This document shows, piece by piece, positions 33,666-48,914 of a stretch of 64,000 nucleotides of DNA (position 1 is the stretch's first letter; each line of letters opens with the position of its first letter). The notes below the pieces were generated by a model. It searched no databases. It was given only the letters and a program-made list of their open reading frames with translations, and was not told where the DNA came from. This stretch comes from Asterias rubens (lineage: Eukaryota). The position numbers were made by a program, and so were the translations under genes. The DNA lies in NCBI RefSeq assembly GCF_902459465.1, contig NC_047067.1:18228001-18292000 (forward strand), written 5' to 3'.

Positions 33666-36316
33666 ATGTGGCTTACCACATGCATAATGTGCACAACCAC
33701 TCGAATTTGTGTTCTCCTTTCCGGCCATTTTTAATGAACACCAGTTTGGAAACCATTGCGGTAGCATTATCTCAAAACGTGCTGAGTTTGTCGAATACGA
33801 GATCTGCAAAGAGGTACTCAATGTGTTGTTAATTTGGTAAAGAAAAGTGTACCTATCTTTGTGTCTGTAAGTAAGTGTATACATACATTGTTGACAACAT
33901 GCCGGTTTTTTTTTTCTCAAAGATGCTAAAATTTGGGTTTTGCACGGCGGTAGATTATTGATGTAATGCTTTGAGTACAACATCGTCTGGTGAGATTGTG
34001 TTGGCTCAGACAACTTTGTTGGTTTGGTTTGCCTGAAGTTTCGATTATTGTCCTCTGTTGGTCATTAGGAGACCCTGGAAGCTGTCTTCATCAGCTGTAC
34101 TAGCTTTGAGAACCAAACTATGGTTGATAACAGAACAAGTTTATTTGTTGATGGCGTGTTCTTGAAAAATAAGCATACTAATGTATAGCGAAATAGTTGG
34201 TAGGGTTTTATGGATAACGCGTAACGGGTTCAGTTAGTTTTTGAGGTAAACAAAAAAACGCCATCATTGTGTAAGACACAATATTCTGAATAACTGTTTA
34301 TACAATTACTCGAGTCCCATGCTTCTAAATGGCAGTCATTAGTGGTTAAATTGCCTTTAAAATTAAAGCATCAACAGTAAATCCTCAACAGTTGTGTGGC
34401 CATAAAGTCGGGTCCTTTGTGCGACTAATCCGATGATGTTTAGAAAGTAATTGACCAGTTGATAGAGGGTTGGTAAAAGCCTAAACGCATTTACGGAAAA
34501 GGACAGAATAGGGGGAGGAAAAACCCGACCCTGGGAGCGATGTTTAAGGGCATTTATCGGTGGGTAAACAAACTAATTGTGATGTTAGTGGTCAGTCACT
34601 AATGAGGGAAGGCAGCTTGGAAAGGGAAAGCCTTGTGTTTGACGCAAGAGCAAACGAATGATGACAATATTTTATCTAACGGCAAGAACGTAATCGTGTA
34701 CATTAAATCCATTAAGTGGGGGCATTAACACAATATTGTTAGCCAGAGGGGGTGTATGGGTGCCTTTCGGACACCCTGTTTGAAACATGGACACCATGTT
34801 TTATCTTTCATTAACATGTAAATGTATATTGTAATGTAAATGCACAATATAGTTAATGGTCTGACGTTTCGACCTTTAAAGCAGAGTCAACAAGTGAACA
34901 ATTTTGACACCAGTTGTTTTTCCCCCAGCAAAATTTGGACACCCTTTTACAAAATTCTGGCTAGTATAGAGAATATAGGCTTGTAAGTAGAATGTAAAAT
35001 TTTACAAAGCTGATGAAGCCAATTCACTCTAAAAAAATACATTAGTCAAAACAACACTAAGTAGTCATACGAGACATGATTTTGATGTAAGTTAGTCAAA
35101 ATCATGACTAATTAGTGTTGTTTTGACTAATTTTGAGTGTTAACCCTTCCCATTTAGATAAAACAACGCAGCACTAAATTTAAACTTTATTTTATTCTCA
35201 TTGCAATATGCAACACAAACCTACAGGGGAGTGGAAAACTATAATTCAGGCATGAAATTCCTACTGCTTTTAGTCTGATTTCCGATTTGATGCCTTTAGA
35301 AAAATCTCTGAATAATATGATGTTGTGATAATAGCCTGGAACGTGTACTACGAATCTACATCATGTGTACTGTACTTAAAATAGGTCAGCTATTGTACTC
35401 ATTCAACCAAATGTTCCTACTTTTTTTCCATGCACGGCCATCATGCCTGACAATAATGTCTATACATTACGCAACAAGAATGCTCTCTTTCGTGGTAATG
35501 CAATGTTGTACACATGTACACATGCTAAGTAATGTACATACATGGCCTGCTGTGTTGACTCTTCTCCGAAATATAAATTACGAATTGTGAAACTGTAAAT
35601 CAGCGACAGTGTAATTTTGTGTCCAGAATGGTTTATAGCTTAACCCGGTCACAATAACACCACGTCCATCAGTGTGCCGTGTATGTTTATTATTTCTGGA
35701 TGGAGAAAACGCGTGGCAGACTCTGTCGACGAACGTGTCCTTAGAATAGAAATCATTCCTGGAATCTGGAGCTACCAATCGTCAGATGAATTACACACAC
35801 ACACACACACAACACACATCCCTTCACGTGGCAGTGACAAATTACTTGACTCTATTTATTAGAAACATTGAAGTCTAATTCTGGATTAGCACTGACTATC
35901 CTATAGGTAGCTATATAGATTCGTTTTACAATTGGTTCTTTCTTCCTCCTTGGTTAGACCGACTATGCACTCTACTTGTTAGATAGGCCTTTCTTGAGAT
36001 GCAGCAGAAAATGACTGGGTATAAAATGATGCAGAGTGAGGTCTAACTCTTGACTATCCTACGTGTTTAGGTTGCAGTTTAGTACAATTGGTTTACTGAG
36101 GACCCAACAAATATATGTCTATCTTTGATTTGAGATGCAGCCAGTGTTGGATAATGACTAGGTATAATTATCAGAACATTTAGGTCTAATTCTGAATTAC
36201 ACCACTGACTATCCTACAATTGTTGTAACAGTTTAAGGTTCGTTTTTTACCGAGCACACGATTTTATATACAGATTTATTTGAGAAGCAGACAGTGTTAA
36301 AATGACTGGGTATTAA

Positions 36317-36696
36317 AGGCAGTGGACACTATTGGTAATTACTCAAAATAATTATTCGCATAAAACCTTTCTTGGTGACAAGTAATGGGGAGAGGTTGGT
36401 GGTACAAAACATTGTGAGAAACAGCTCCCTCTGAAGTGCCATAGTTTTGGAGAAAGAAGTAATTTTCGACGAATTTGATTTCGAGACGTCAAGTCTAGAA
36501 CTTGAGGTCTCGAAATCAACCATCTAAACGCACACAACTTCGTGTGACAAGGGTGTTTTCTTCTTTCATTATTATCTCACAACTTTGATGACCGATTGAG
36601 CTCAAATTTTCACAGGTATGTTATTTTATGCGTAATGTTGACATGCACCAACTGTGAAGGCTAGTCTTTGACAATAACCAATAGTGTCCACTGCCT
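36317..36696. mobile_element. TTAA-target MITE (Kolobok-like, about 380 bp), representative full copy of the dominant family
   Basis: TTAA|AGGCAGTGGACACTATTGG...CCAATAGTGTCCACTGCCT|TTAA. Further full or partial copies at about 330-485, 3700-3960, 10440-10712, 29928-30085, 30800-31075, 42600-42800, 42985-43368, 43735-44020, 44123-44478, 46766-47098, 50030-50407, 55800-55927, 59117-59449, 61716-61993, 63107-63300 and 63340-63590. RR...YY ends with a TTAA duplication fit Kolobok. Confidence 0.85.
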
Positions 36697-37872
36697 TTAA
36701 TCTATCATAGGTGATTCCAAACCCACCGCTGTCGCCTCTAACAAGAACTATGTTGGATTAATATTGCCTTATCTTGATTAAAATACTGCAACGGCTAACA
36801 TGGTACTCGATCACTAGCCTATAACAAGTCTCACGAATAGGTGGAGGAAAAATACTGCAATGTTTGCAAAAATTTAGTAGAGAGAATATTGACATAACAC
36901 GAAAGACAACTTCGACGCAGTTATCGCCACGTGAAGTTCCAAGTTAACATTTGTTTATTGAAATGCTGTGCTAATTTTTGTGTTATGGTAGCGCGGCTAG
37001 TCGTTTCATTTCTTCCATTATTGCTTGTTTTGATACGTCTTGTATTTCCGTCAACTCCAACACTCCAGCTGAGCAGATATTATCCCTAGATTTACATTTG
37101 CAACAAATACTCTTTGTTGCTCTATGGTTTAACCGCTTCGTCATCATAAAATGCGGGCAGCTTGAAAAACACTTCTGCTGGAGCGACTAGTACAGCAACT
37201 TTATTAAACCCCTGTAAAATCTAAATTATTAGCTATTATGACGTAACTAACCAAGGACGGATACAAAATGTAACCGTATGCCGGAAACATCAAAATCAAA
37301 CAATTTTTGCATGCAATATGATACGGGAAGGTAATGCTGTATATTAGTGCGCGTTATATGACCGAGTGAAAGGCCATGACGACTCACATCTGCTAGCAGT
37401 AAATCAAAAAAAAAATGCAAAAAAACAAATTTTTGTGTATGATGTTGTTGACTGTCACCTAGGTTGATGTATTTATTGAGACGTGTGCGTGAGGTGAACT
37501 GAAATTTGATCCTGGGAAAAGACTCGGTGGAAGAATATTATTTTGTTGAAAGATGTTTTCAACATGCTTGCGGGTATATACATCAAATATTGCTGGGGAA
37601 GCGAACTTGTCATGTTTCTCGCGTGTGGTTTGAGCGTAAGCATGGTCTGTCTGGGTTTTGTTTCTTCCGGGTTTGGGGGTAACTCTATGGTCGGCGTGTT
37701 AGCGAAATTTTGTTTTTAGGCTATGGTTAAATCACGGTGGAAGGAAAAATAAGGGTTACATTACAGGCAAAATAGCCCCAACGTATATCACATGCAGTTG
37801 CTGTTTGCATAAAATAATATGAGTTCTAATCAGATTTTAGGACTTCAATTATTTACCAAAATTTGATTTGCC

Positions 37873-37968
37873 ATGGAAGTTGCTGTTGTTGATGTTGCTG
37901 CTGCTGTTGTTGTTGCTGTTCGCGGTTGTTGTTGCAGTGTTGGTGTTGTTGGTCTTGTTGATGTGGTT
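37873..37968. repeat. Degenerate (GTT/GCT)n trinucleotide microsatellite
   Basis: gttgctgttgttgatgttgctgctgctgttgttgttgct... Confidence 0.7.
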
Positions 37969-38201
37969 GTCATTCTTTTCCAGCTGTTCTCGATTGCATC
38001 ATTTAAAATTATGCAACGAAAATTAAAATTTATGCAATACTTGTCGAAAACTGAGTCTAAGTTCTCCCCATCGAGTCCTGAGTCACAAAAGGCACAGCTC
38101 CCAATTACTCGTCAACAAGTCACGGACTTGAAGTCAGGAGTCACTTAAACGAGTCTGGGTCATGAGTAATTTAAGTTGAGTCCGAGTCACGAATAAATTA
38201 A

Positions 38202-38572
38202 AGACAATTGACACTATTGGTTATTTGAAAGACTACTCTACACAGTTAATGTATCTCAACATATGCATACAATAACAAAGCTGTGAAAGTTTGAGCTCAA
38301 TCGGTCATCGAAGTTGCGAGATAATGATGAAAGAAAAATACACCCTTGTCACACGAAATTGTGTGCTTTCAGATGCTTGATTTCTAAATTCTAAATCTGA
38401 GGTCTCGAAATTAAATTCGTGGAAAATTACTTCTTTCTCGAAAACTACATCACTTCAGAGGGAGCCGTTTCTCACAATGTTTAATACTACCAACCTCTCC
38501 CCATTACTCGTAATCAAGTAAGGTTTTATGCTAATAAATATTTTGAATAATTACCAATAGTGTCCACTGCCT
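38202..38572. mobile_element. TTAA-target MITE, Kolobok-like family copy
   Basis: TTAA flanks, family TIRs and body; inverted relative to 36317. Confidence 0.8.
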
Positions 38573-39128
38573 TTAAGCCGAGTCAGAGTCTGAATTATAA
38601 TTGTCATAAGTTTATACATATGTATGAGCTTTCAGATGGATATATTTCGCTGGAGGACTAGTGCTGGAATAAACGTTATATTGAGTGAGCTTTCAGAATG
38701 GATCCAACCATTTTTATTTTCTTCTCCGCAAAACACCGATTTTTTACTACGTATTTAATGAACGCACAACAGATCGGTTTGGACGTAATTGCCCCTTAAT
38801 GCTTCAGCAAGTTACAGTTCAATGATGCAAAGCTGTACCTCAACACCCTTTAATAAAAACTTAAAGGCAATGTATACATTTGGTTGTTGGAACCGTCCGA
38901 TTATTTTAATCCTGTAAACAAGTAAAAACATTTCATAAATTGGAAAGCGTTTGTGGAGATGTAGTTGGAAATCTTGAACCGTTAGGCTATGTCAGCGCAT
39001 GAAGATCAATCCATAACTTGAATACACATTCTGAGAAACATTTCATGCATGACATGTTTCTCAGATTTTTGTTAAAATCCATTCCTTCTAAAGTTATACC
39101 AAAATCCTTGGAAGGAATCGTTTCTTAA

Positions 39129-39508
39129 AGGCAGTGGACACTATTGGTAATTACTCAAAATAATTATTAGCATAAAACCTTACTTGTTGACGAGTAATTG
39201 GGAGCTGTTGGTAGTATAAAACGTTGTTATAAATGGCTCCCTCTGAAGTGACATATTTTTCGAGAAAGAAGTAATTTTCCACGAATTTGATTTCAAGACC
39301 TCAAGTTTAGAATTTGAGGTCTCGAAATCAACCATCTAAACGCAGACAACTTCGTGTGACAAGGGTGTTTTTTCTTTCATTATTATCTCGCAAGTTCGAT
39401 GACCGATTGAGCTCAAATTTTCACAGGTTTGTTATTTTATGTGTATGTTGAGATACACCAAGTGAGAAGACTGGCCTTTGACAATATTACCAATAGTGTC
39501 TACTGGCT
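39129..39508. mobile_element. TTAA-target MITE, Kolobok-like family copy (380 bp)
   Basis: TTAA at 39125-39128 and 39509-39512; family TIRs. Confidence 0.85.
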
Positions 39509-42500
39509 TTAAATTGTTACACAGTATCAACAGCTGCGGTGTTTCTTACCAAATAAGTTTGAATATGGTCATAAATTTGTGGAGAAAGCTTTACCGTCCC
39601 TTTAATGGGGTCAGCTTGGAATTAAGAGGAGTTGATGGTAGGGGCGTGTCCCTGTCTGGAAGGGGGTGTCAGTGTCACTAGGATTAAGTCTCTGTCTCCG
39701 ATCATGGAGGAAGCTCTTCCTTCCTCCATGCACCGATTGAGAGTGAGACTTATTGGCCCAGATAGACTCGATCAAACATCTGTATTCCAGTCTCGAGTTG
39801 CACACGTGTTCAGTTGTTGGTAAATATAAGTGTTGGTGACATTTGTATTCATTTGTAATAATAACAATCATTTGAAGAGGCCGCGCATGGAGTATTCGAC
39901 ACTAAGTGGGGAAATTATTGACAAATAAATCGCCAGATTGCCTTTAGTATATGCTTTCTATCATATACAAAAACACCCGGCAATAAATTCAGTTAGCGGT
40001 CGCTGTGTCTGATATTGCACCAATTTATTACCCCACTTTTTTTCACTTGTGTGTCGCATCAAGATGGCACCTGGGCCCAATTTCATAGAGCTGCTAAGCA
40101 CAACAATTTGCTAAGCATGACATTTCTTCCTTGATAAAAACAGGATTACCAACCAAATTTCCATTTGTTGCATGTTGCTTGTTTCTGGTACTCAGTTGTT
40201 GTTTGTTTATCCTGAAAATCACGTGGAAATTTGGTTGGTAATCCTGTTTTTATCAAGGAAGAAATTTCATGCCAAGCAAATGTTCATGCTAAGCAAATGT
40301 TCATGCTAAGCAGCTCTATGAAATTGGGCCCTGATGTCAAATTCAATGTCGCTCAGTTTCAGCCCAAATTATATCTCGAATTAAGGTCGGGCCCGTGATC
40401 AGACCCTTGCTAGTTTTATCACATCATCCTGACTTTAGTGTGTAGAATTTGAATGTTGTGTCGAAATTAATTCGAGATGTGAAGCACATCGAACACGCAC
40501 AGATGACGGGTTCCTTTTTTTTTGTCTGCATTTGTATACGTGCTACTGAGTGTCCGCTTCGCTTCAAAGACTGGAAGATCAAATTAATTTGGACGGCGCG
40601 GGATCGGAGCGTGATTTACCGTGCTCCAGAAGCCGTAAATCTAGAAGTCGCTCCGTGCCAATAGACACTGTACATAACAACGGGCCATGGCCCAATTTCT
40701 TAAAGCTACTTAAGCTGAAAATATTGCTTACCATTTGTCTGCTTAGCAACATTTTGTACCACGTCCCTTTGATGGGCATTGTTTATGAAAATGTTTACAT
40801 TCATAAATATTTAGAACATGTATAATTCACTTCTGTATCAAATGTCATTTTGATTTAAACCGAGCACTTACTAACTTATTTAGCCGCCTTATAGCCTCCT
40901 TGGATAACCGTCCCATGAGCGAGCACCGAACATACAAACAAACACCCAAACGAACAGACAAACAATAGCAAACTTGAAAAAACGCACACACCAATTCACA
41001 CAGGCATGAAAACGCACACGCAGAACAAAAATGCATAGAGAACCCCCAACCAAATAAACACATATGTCACCATGTCGTAGCAGCTTACGTTGGTTGTCCA
41101 TAAAGGTTTTGTGCGACTCTTACCAACCATTAAAGTGCTATTCACACGACAGCAATTTAACTTGGGTCCCTCGCTTTATTTTAGCAAGGTTGTAAAATGT
41201 AGCAATGTGTGACAAGATGTTGCAAGAGAACATGGAGAGTAGAACAGTTGTTGCTCTTTCACACAAGGTACATAATATTGTAAATTTTTACAACCATGCA
41301 GATTAGCAAGGGACCCTTGCTAAACTGCTCTCGTTTGAAAGGGGCTGAGGTTGTGTCATTACAATGACCCTCCAGCACAAAGGTGTATGTCGTCCCTCAC
41401 CGTAATTGATATGTAACATACTCAGAACATTCTCATTATGACGTTATAAATCCTAGCACATTGAGACACTCAGAAGTAAACAAAAATCTCAGTATAGTTT
41501 CATGCGACACCAGCTTGTCTCGTTCGGCAAACTTTCGGGGAACGATTGTTTTGGGAACGACGCGTTGCGAACCACAGTGGACTCCAATATTAAATTGTAT
41601 AGGTCAAATCTATGATATGTCCAACAATCGGACCCAAAACACAGCACAAACTGGGGTGGTAAAGTTGACACCATGGGTGTTGATTTATATCCAAGAGAGA
41701 ATAAAAATGTACATAACAGGGCGTTAAAATAACACAAAAATGTAATAGTTTTGGCATAATTTGGTGTTTTAACACCATTATAATAGTGTCAATTATCATG
41801 TTTTTTTCGGCATTCATAATACCCATGGTGTTGGTGTCCACTTTTAAAATGTCAGAACCGAGCAATAAGTAAACACAAAAAATGGTATCGGACTTTTCCC
41901 TTTTCCTTCCCGGTGCAAGAAGTACAGGTACATGTATAGGCAAATTGTGTATAATAGCAATCAGTAATTCTGTTAGGCTCACCTGTGTTGTTTACCTAAG
42001 TCCCTTTGTGCCGACCCAAATCATGGGCCACAACACCGCTGGTCTAACTCTTGTTTGTTTTCATAGCAAAATACCTAGCGTGGCTTGCGGGCTTTCCTCT
42101 GCTTAACTGGGGTGGGTGCACGGAGCTCAGAGCCCCATGGAAGGGCAGCCAGTCTATGCCTCAGTGTTGTTGACACTTCGTAACCAACACAAACAAACAA
42201 ATACATTTACATGAAGACCGCAAGAGGCAACCAACAACCCGTCAGATTTATTTGTTGTTGACATTGTGGTGTTAAAACTTGCCCCTTTGTTTATTTTGCA
42301 ACGGGAATTAATTGGCCATTTAAATCAATCACATGAAGAGACTTTAGTTTATGCATGGGTTAAAAACACTCGTCAGGTATTTTCCGTTAATATTCTAGAT
42401 TAAAATAAAATGACTGCCCTCTGTTTTTTTCTATACAGCTGCTAGGCCGAAAATAATAAATATGATCAACGGTTAGTTGTGTTTTATGCACTGCAAAAAC

Positions 42501-45369
42501 CGGTGTCTTAGAATTGATATAATGGGTGTTGTCACATATATATTTAGGAACCGAAAAAATAATCAGATTTGACACCATATGGAGCGTTAAAATAATCGCA
42601 GTTGCAAGACAAAAATGAAAGAAAACCCCATCTTTGTTGCACGGAGTTAATGTGTGCTTTCAGATGCCTGAGAAAGACTTAAGCTATCGGATTCAAATTT
42701 GTTGGTTAAAAAAAGTGTCTCTTTCTCAAAAACTACATTACTACAGAGGATGTCGTTTCTAATAATGTTTCATCAACCTCTCTAGTGATCTTTATTATGA
42801 TGGAAGTTTGTAATGGTCATTCCCTTTTTAACCAATTACGCTCACTTAAACAGAAAGAAAGAAAGAAAGAAACTTTTTTTTTTACCCTTATTAATATCTG
42901 CATAATACGCCAATGCCAACGAAATTGTCGTGTATGAAGGCACTTATTCAAGCAATAATATTGTAATGCATGTCTTAACGGTACACGACACCTTTGGTCA
43001 TTGTCAAACACGACACCTTTGGTCATTGTCAAAGACATGTCTTCCCACTTGGTGTATCTCAACATATGCATAAAATAAAAAACCTGTGAAAATTTAAGCT
43101 CGATTGGTCGTCGGAGTTGCGAGATAACTATGAAAGAAAAAAAAAACGCCCTTGTCACACGAAGCTGTGTGCTTTCAGATGCTTGATTTCGAGACCTCAA
43201 ATTCTAAACTTGAGGTCTCGAAATCAAATTCGTGGAAAATTACTTCTTTCTCGAAAAGTACGTCACTTCAGAGAGAGCCGTTTCACACAATGTTTTGTAC
43301 TAGCAACCTCTCCCCATTACTCGTTACCAAGTGAGGTTTTATGAATTACTGATAATGTCCAGTGCCTTTACATCGAGACGACGAAGGAGCTATATAGCGA
43401 TCTTCACAATATTATCGGTTTTGCTTCCCGTTCAGTAAAAGCCTGCCTCCGGCTTCAGTATGTCCAACAAAATAGCCAGCCTCACTTTCACCTGCTGAGC
43501 TTCCTATTTATTGATTTCGACCTGTGTTAGATCCGGCTGGATGTTTTTAGCATCCTCTATCGTGAAGTTAGATCTACGGGGTGACGATTGTATCTAAAAA
43601 TGTGTGGATTGAAGGCACTGAGGTCGATTCAACAAAGAGTTAGGGACTAGTCCTATACTAAAGGAGATATTAAACTCTAAAGGCTGGTCCCAAGTTAGGA
43701 CGAGTAACTCATCCTAACTCGTGAAATCCACCCCTGGACACCTTTGGTAATTGTCAAAGACCAGTAGTCTCACTTGGTGTATCCCAACCAATGCACAACA
43801 ATGTGAACAGTTGCATACAAATAACAAATATCGTGAAAATGTGGGCTCAACTGGCCATTGAAGTTGCAAGAGAATGTAGACAAAGAAAAGCATCATCGTT
43901 GCTTACAATATTATGCTTTAAAATGCATAAAAATGCTTCAGGTCGGAAGCATTCTAACATTTGAGTGCGAAATTACATCTTTCTCAAAAACTACGGTACT
44001 TCAGAGGAAGTCCTTGTTACTGTGCAAGGGTGCCTTATGGTAATTTCGACATTATGAAAGCGAGACAAGGTGTTGTTTGGAGTTTTAGTCAATTCTCTAT
44101 ACGTCCTGTCATAGGTTGTTTTAAAGGCAGTTGACACTGTTGGTAGTTACGCAAAATTTGGTTACGATTAATAGGGATAGGTTGATATAAAACAATGTGA
44201 GAAAAGGCTCTCTCTGGAGTGACGTAGTTATCGAGAAAGAAGTAATTTCCACGAGTTTGATTTCGAGACCTCAGATTTAGAATTTGAGGTCTCGAAAACA
44301 AGCATCTGAAAGCACACAACTTCGCGAGACAAGGGTGTTTTGTCTTTTATTATTTTCTCGCAACCTCGACGACCAATTAAGCTCAAATTTTCACAGGTGT
44401 GTGATGTTATGCATATGTTGAGATACCCGAAGTGAGAAGACTGGTCTTTGACAATTACCAATAGTGTCCATTTTCTTTAATCATTTAGTTGTATACAATC
44501 AAACTAACATGTGAGATATCTCCGAAATTCCGGAGCGTAACTGTTGGTGCAAAACAATTGATATCTTTTGACATAGACACTTTACTACGAAGTGAAATGT
44601 TTCTCGATCAAAATGCTTTATACTATAGCGAAATCTGCTGTAGATTCTATAACCAAATATTGTATTGCAATTAATTTTAAGAGTGACTACCAAACGTATA
44701 CATGCCCTTCAAATTGCATACATTGAAACTGCACCGTCCACTCTTTTGTTAACCAGACCCAAATGAAGTGATTTATCTTTCCAACACAACGTGGTTGCAC
44801 AAGTACACTGACGCTAATGGCCTGCAAGACCTTGGTGTATATTCCCTTCCTCCAAATGCAAAGATAATTTTTACATCTTGCTAAATCGGGGTAAGATCAC
44901 CGCAAAACGAGATCATCACGGTGCCATAAAATTACCCAACGTCTCGCTAACTTGATTTCCCCCATAAACCCCTTCTTAGAACTGGCCTTAACATTTTTTA
45001 AATGAAGCTCTCACGATCGATTTTTTTCCTGGGAATAATCTCGCTTTGCCCTTGGTGCAGCGAGAGTATCCAGCCCGGAGCAGTCTCAGAAGCCGTAGAT
45101 ATAATCCAATAGGGACTAGACGAAGCCCTACTTGCCGAGATAATTATACACTTTTATCTGCACGCTATGAGGGTATCTTTCTTTATAGAAATCAAAGAGT
45201 CCCGATTCTGTGTCCGTCTTTGGGGAGTCTTGATTTGTGCAGGTCCGACGGGCCTTCGATGCCCAACGTCGTCACAACCCGCTCAATATTCAACACTATT
45301 ATCTGTAGATTTTGAAGGCAGATAAACAATGTCATGCGATTTTTTTTTCATGTGTGTTTTTAACGCCAC

Positions 45370-45900
45370 AATACGAAGTGTGGGTCTGAGAACCAAAAGG
45401 GGTCCATGTAACGTAGGGATTTGAAACACTCTGTGGACTTTTATACGTCCACACAGTGTTTTTGTTTACAGTGTTGAAGAATGGGGTTTTCCTTAAGTGA
45501 ACAGAAGAAAGAATTGCCACAGAGTGACTGTATGTAACGTAGAGTTGTGTTTTAAAGCTACTACGAAGTGTGGACCTGAGAACAAAAGATGCCCACAAAA
45601 AAAAGTGTAGAGATTTGAAACACTATGTGGACTTACACACGTCCACACAGTGTTTTTACAGTGTTGAAGAATATGATTTGCTTAAGCGTATATAACAAAG
45701 GATTGTCCTCAGAGTGACTGCAACACAGAGCTGTGTTTTAACGAAGTGTGGATCTGAGAACTAAAAGAGGTCCACGTATTGTATAGGGGCTTGCAACACT
45801 CTGTGGACTTACACACGTTCGACACAGTGGTGAAGAATATGATTTGCTTATACAGAACTATGTAGGGAATGTCCACAGAGTGACTGCTACACAGAGCTGG
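45370..45900. repeat. Degenerate tandem repeat of about 185 bp (3 units); related inverted copy at 53520-53710
   Basis: Recurrent ctgagaac.aaaag...cact.tgtggactt...cacagtg...tgaagaat...cagagtgactg. Confidence 0.65.
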
Positions 45901-47679
45901 GTGTGTGGATACACACGAACACTCAAACCGGCGCTGTTTAACAAAAAAGGCCAACAGCGTCCCCTTGAATGAAGGTCCCCAGTTGGAAAGTGTGTACAAA
46001 ACCAACATGAGCTGTTGCCAACGAAATACAAACAAAAGAGGGACAATATGAGGTCGTGTATGATCTGAATCGAGTTTGATACTTCCTATTCTCGACAATA
46101 TTTCTAGTGCCTTTTGTTGTATGAATTTAAGATTGTATGCTGATTATAAATGCAGGGAACACTTCAAAGATCGACTGTGCAACAGCCATATAGATTTGGT
46201 TGAGATAATAAAAAGTCAGGTTATTATGTAAATCAATAAGGACCTACACTTGAGCGACCTACAATTCAAATAACCATTCAAAATATCTACTCGTACATGT
46301 TGATTTTAAATATAGACCATTTCCAAAAAACTATCCTGAGGTATTTTTCGTCAGCACAAACAAGTGTTCAATACCGATATGGTGTCCATAAGCTGGACAT
46401 CATTTCGCCTTTCCCGAAGTGAAACGCAGAAACAAAACGACAGCCTTGATGGTTGAGGCTTTATGAATATTCATAAGACGCGTATATAGTTTCAAATCAG
46501 CAAGGGAACTCTAGCATCTTCTTGCAGTCTCTTTGATCCGGTCCCAATCTGTGGCTGTGTTGCCATAGGCGAGGGCCCAGTGCCCAGGGTTATATGTTTC
46601 TTCAATCAGAATTTCCAATATCAGACGATTATTTTATGAACAATGTTTCACCTGCGTTGCGTGTTGTATTTCGAGCAGATTGCTATACACGGCGTGTATG
46701 TATTATGTCAGGATGTGTATACACCTGGTCAGAGCAGTGTGTTTATTTCGTTGAATCCGGGCTTTAAAGGCTAGTTACTCAAAATAATTATTATCATAAA
46801 ACCTTTCATGATTACGAGTAATGGGGAGAGGTTGATAGTATAAAACATTGTGAGAAACAGCTCTCTCTGAAGTGATGTAGTTTTCGAGAAAGAAGTAATT
46901 TCCCACGAATTTGATTTCGAGACCTCAGATTTAGAATTTGAGGTCTCGAAATCAAGCATCTGAAAGCACACAACTTCATGTGACAAGTGGTTTTTTTTTC
47001 TCGCAACTTCGACGACCAATTGTTGTTTTATGCATATGTTTAGATACACCAAGTGAGAAGACTGGTCTTTGACAATTACCAATAGTGTCCAGTGTCTTTA
47101 AAGCCATTGGACACTCAGCTTTGAATAGAACAACAAATAAAAGTTCACAGATTTACAAATAACTTACAGGGTTTACAGAAGGTAATGATGAAAGACTTCT
47201 CTTGAAATATTATTCCATGAAATGCTTTACTTTTTGAGAAAACATTAAAACAATTATCAATTCTCGATATTGAGAATAACGGATTTATTTTAAACACATG
47301 TCATGATACGACGATTTATACCGTTGAACGGTTCCAAAAACCAAAGATAGCTTTAATGAAAGAGATATATACGGGACGTGTGACAGAGCAAGGACGTCTT
47401 TGCTTCGCTTTCCCGTCCAAAATCAACTTGGGGTGTTGCTGAAACAAACTTTATAAAACCAAGTCCAAATAACTGGATAACAATGAGACGTTCTCGATTT
47501 ACCTGTCGACAAACACGTGTGCTCTTTGCGAACTATCAAAGGTCTAGTTATGTAAATATTCTAATATAGACCTGTGTGATATTCAAAACGCTGGAAAATG
47601 TAGTCTGGAGCTCCCCAAATCGATTTGGAAATTTCAGATGGCAAAGAAAGCTCATTTAAAGGGAAGGTATCGAGTTTAA

Positions 47680-48074
47680 AGCCAGTGGACACTTTCGGTA
47701 AACAGTATTGTCCAAGGCCCAAACTTCGTGTATAACAACTTAAATATAAAATAACAAACCTGTGAAAATTTAGGCTCAATCGGTCATCGGAGTCAGGAGA
47801 AAATAACGGGAAAACCCACCCTTGTTTTCGCACGTTACGCTGTGTCACGACATGTGTTTACTATAAATCCGTAATTCTCGATGTCGAGAATTGATAAAAC
47901 AAATTATGTTTTCTCAAAAAGTAAAGCATTTCATGGAATCATATTTCAAGAGAAGTCTTTTACCATTACCTTCTGTAAACCATGTAAGTTATTTGTAAAT
48001 CTGTGAACTTTTTTTTTTTGTTCTATTCAAAGCTGAGTGTCCAATTTTTTCTGTTCCGAAAGTGTATAATGGCT
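47680..48074. mobile_element. Second TTAA-target MITE family (AGCC...GGCT ends); other copies at 56477-56834 and 47101-47310
   Basis: TTAA|AGCCAGTGGACACTTTCGG...CCGAAAGTGTATAATGGCT|TTAA. Confidence 0.8.
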
Positions 48075-48914
48075 TTAATCCGTTTAGTAATCACTCATAA
48101 ATAAAACTAATGGCATCGTAAACTTTTGGTGAGAAACCTATCAGCTTTCGATAGTATGTTTTATAAAGCGTTTTGAGAAGTTCACTTCAGTGTTAGGCGG
48201 TCAGGCAAAAAGATATCAGTTTTTATCCCCCAAATTTGAATCTGAGAATCGTTACTGCAGTAACTCTTCTCAAATTGTGTATTCCTCGCCCTCAGGGATT
48301 ATTCTTCATGCGTGGACATATTCGCCCTGGATTTTTGGCGATATCTCAGAAACGGGACGTCCTTTTGAAAGTAAATGTTCATATGTATGTTTAATTGTGT
48401 ATAGCTACATTTTATATAAGAAAAGCACAGTTCCCCTCTAAATTATCAACAGGTCGAATTGTCCATACAATATTGTGAAACCGTTTTGTATATTGTTCCA
48501 GAATTGTATTGCACAATCATGGAAAACACCTAATGAAGGATTATGGGGGGAGAATCGCCTTTCGTAGTAAAACAATATTTTAGTCGAACCCTTTTTACAA
48601 TATATAAAGAGGATGTTTTCCAGTCTGTAGTTTTGCACAATATTTTATGTAAGTTTACAATAGACTTGTATAAATTGCGTTGCTGTGACCGCCTCCACAA
48701 ACAAGAAGTAGAGAGTAAGTTAAAGCCGATAATGGACCCTCAAATTCAAAGAACAAAATTAGCATAAAGTAGTGTGCATTTCAACCTGTATCTGCGGTTT
48801 CTATACGTGCACTGTTGGATATTGCGAAAGCTCCTTTTCCTATAAACGGATTTCATGAAATGTGTAATTTATTCTCACTGTTTCGAAATATGTTGTTTGT
48901 GGGTGCAGGTTTAA

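Noticed and set aside
39600-39830. TIR-domain-like fragment on the minus strand (RDLILVTLTPLP)
   Set aside because: The resemblance is limited to a few residues, the frame has a stop, and no other TIR boxes are seen; an HMM search would be needed.
40550-40680. Possible second exon of the Ras-like gene (LEDQINLDG)
   Set aside because: It lacks the switch I and DTAG motifs and proper splice sites.
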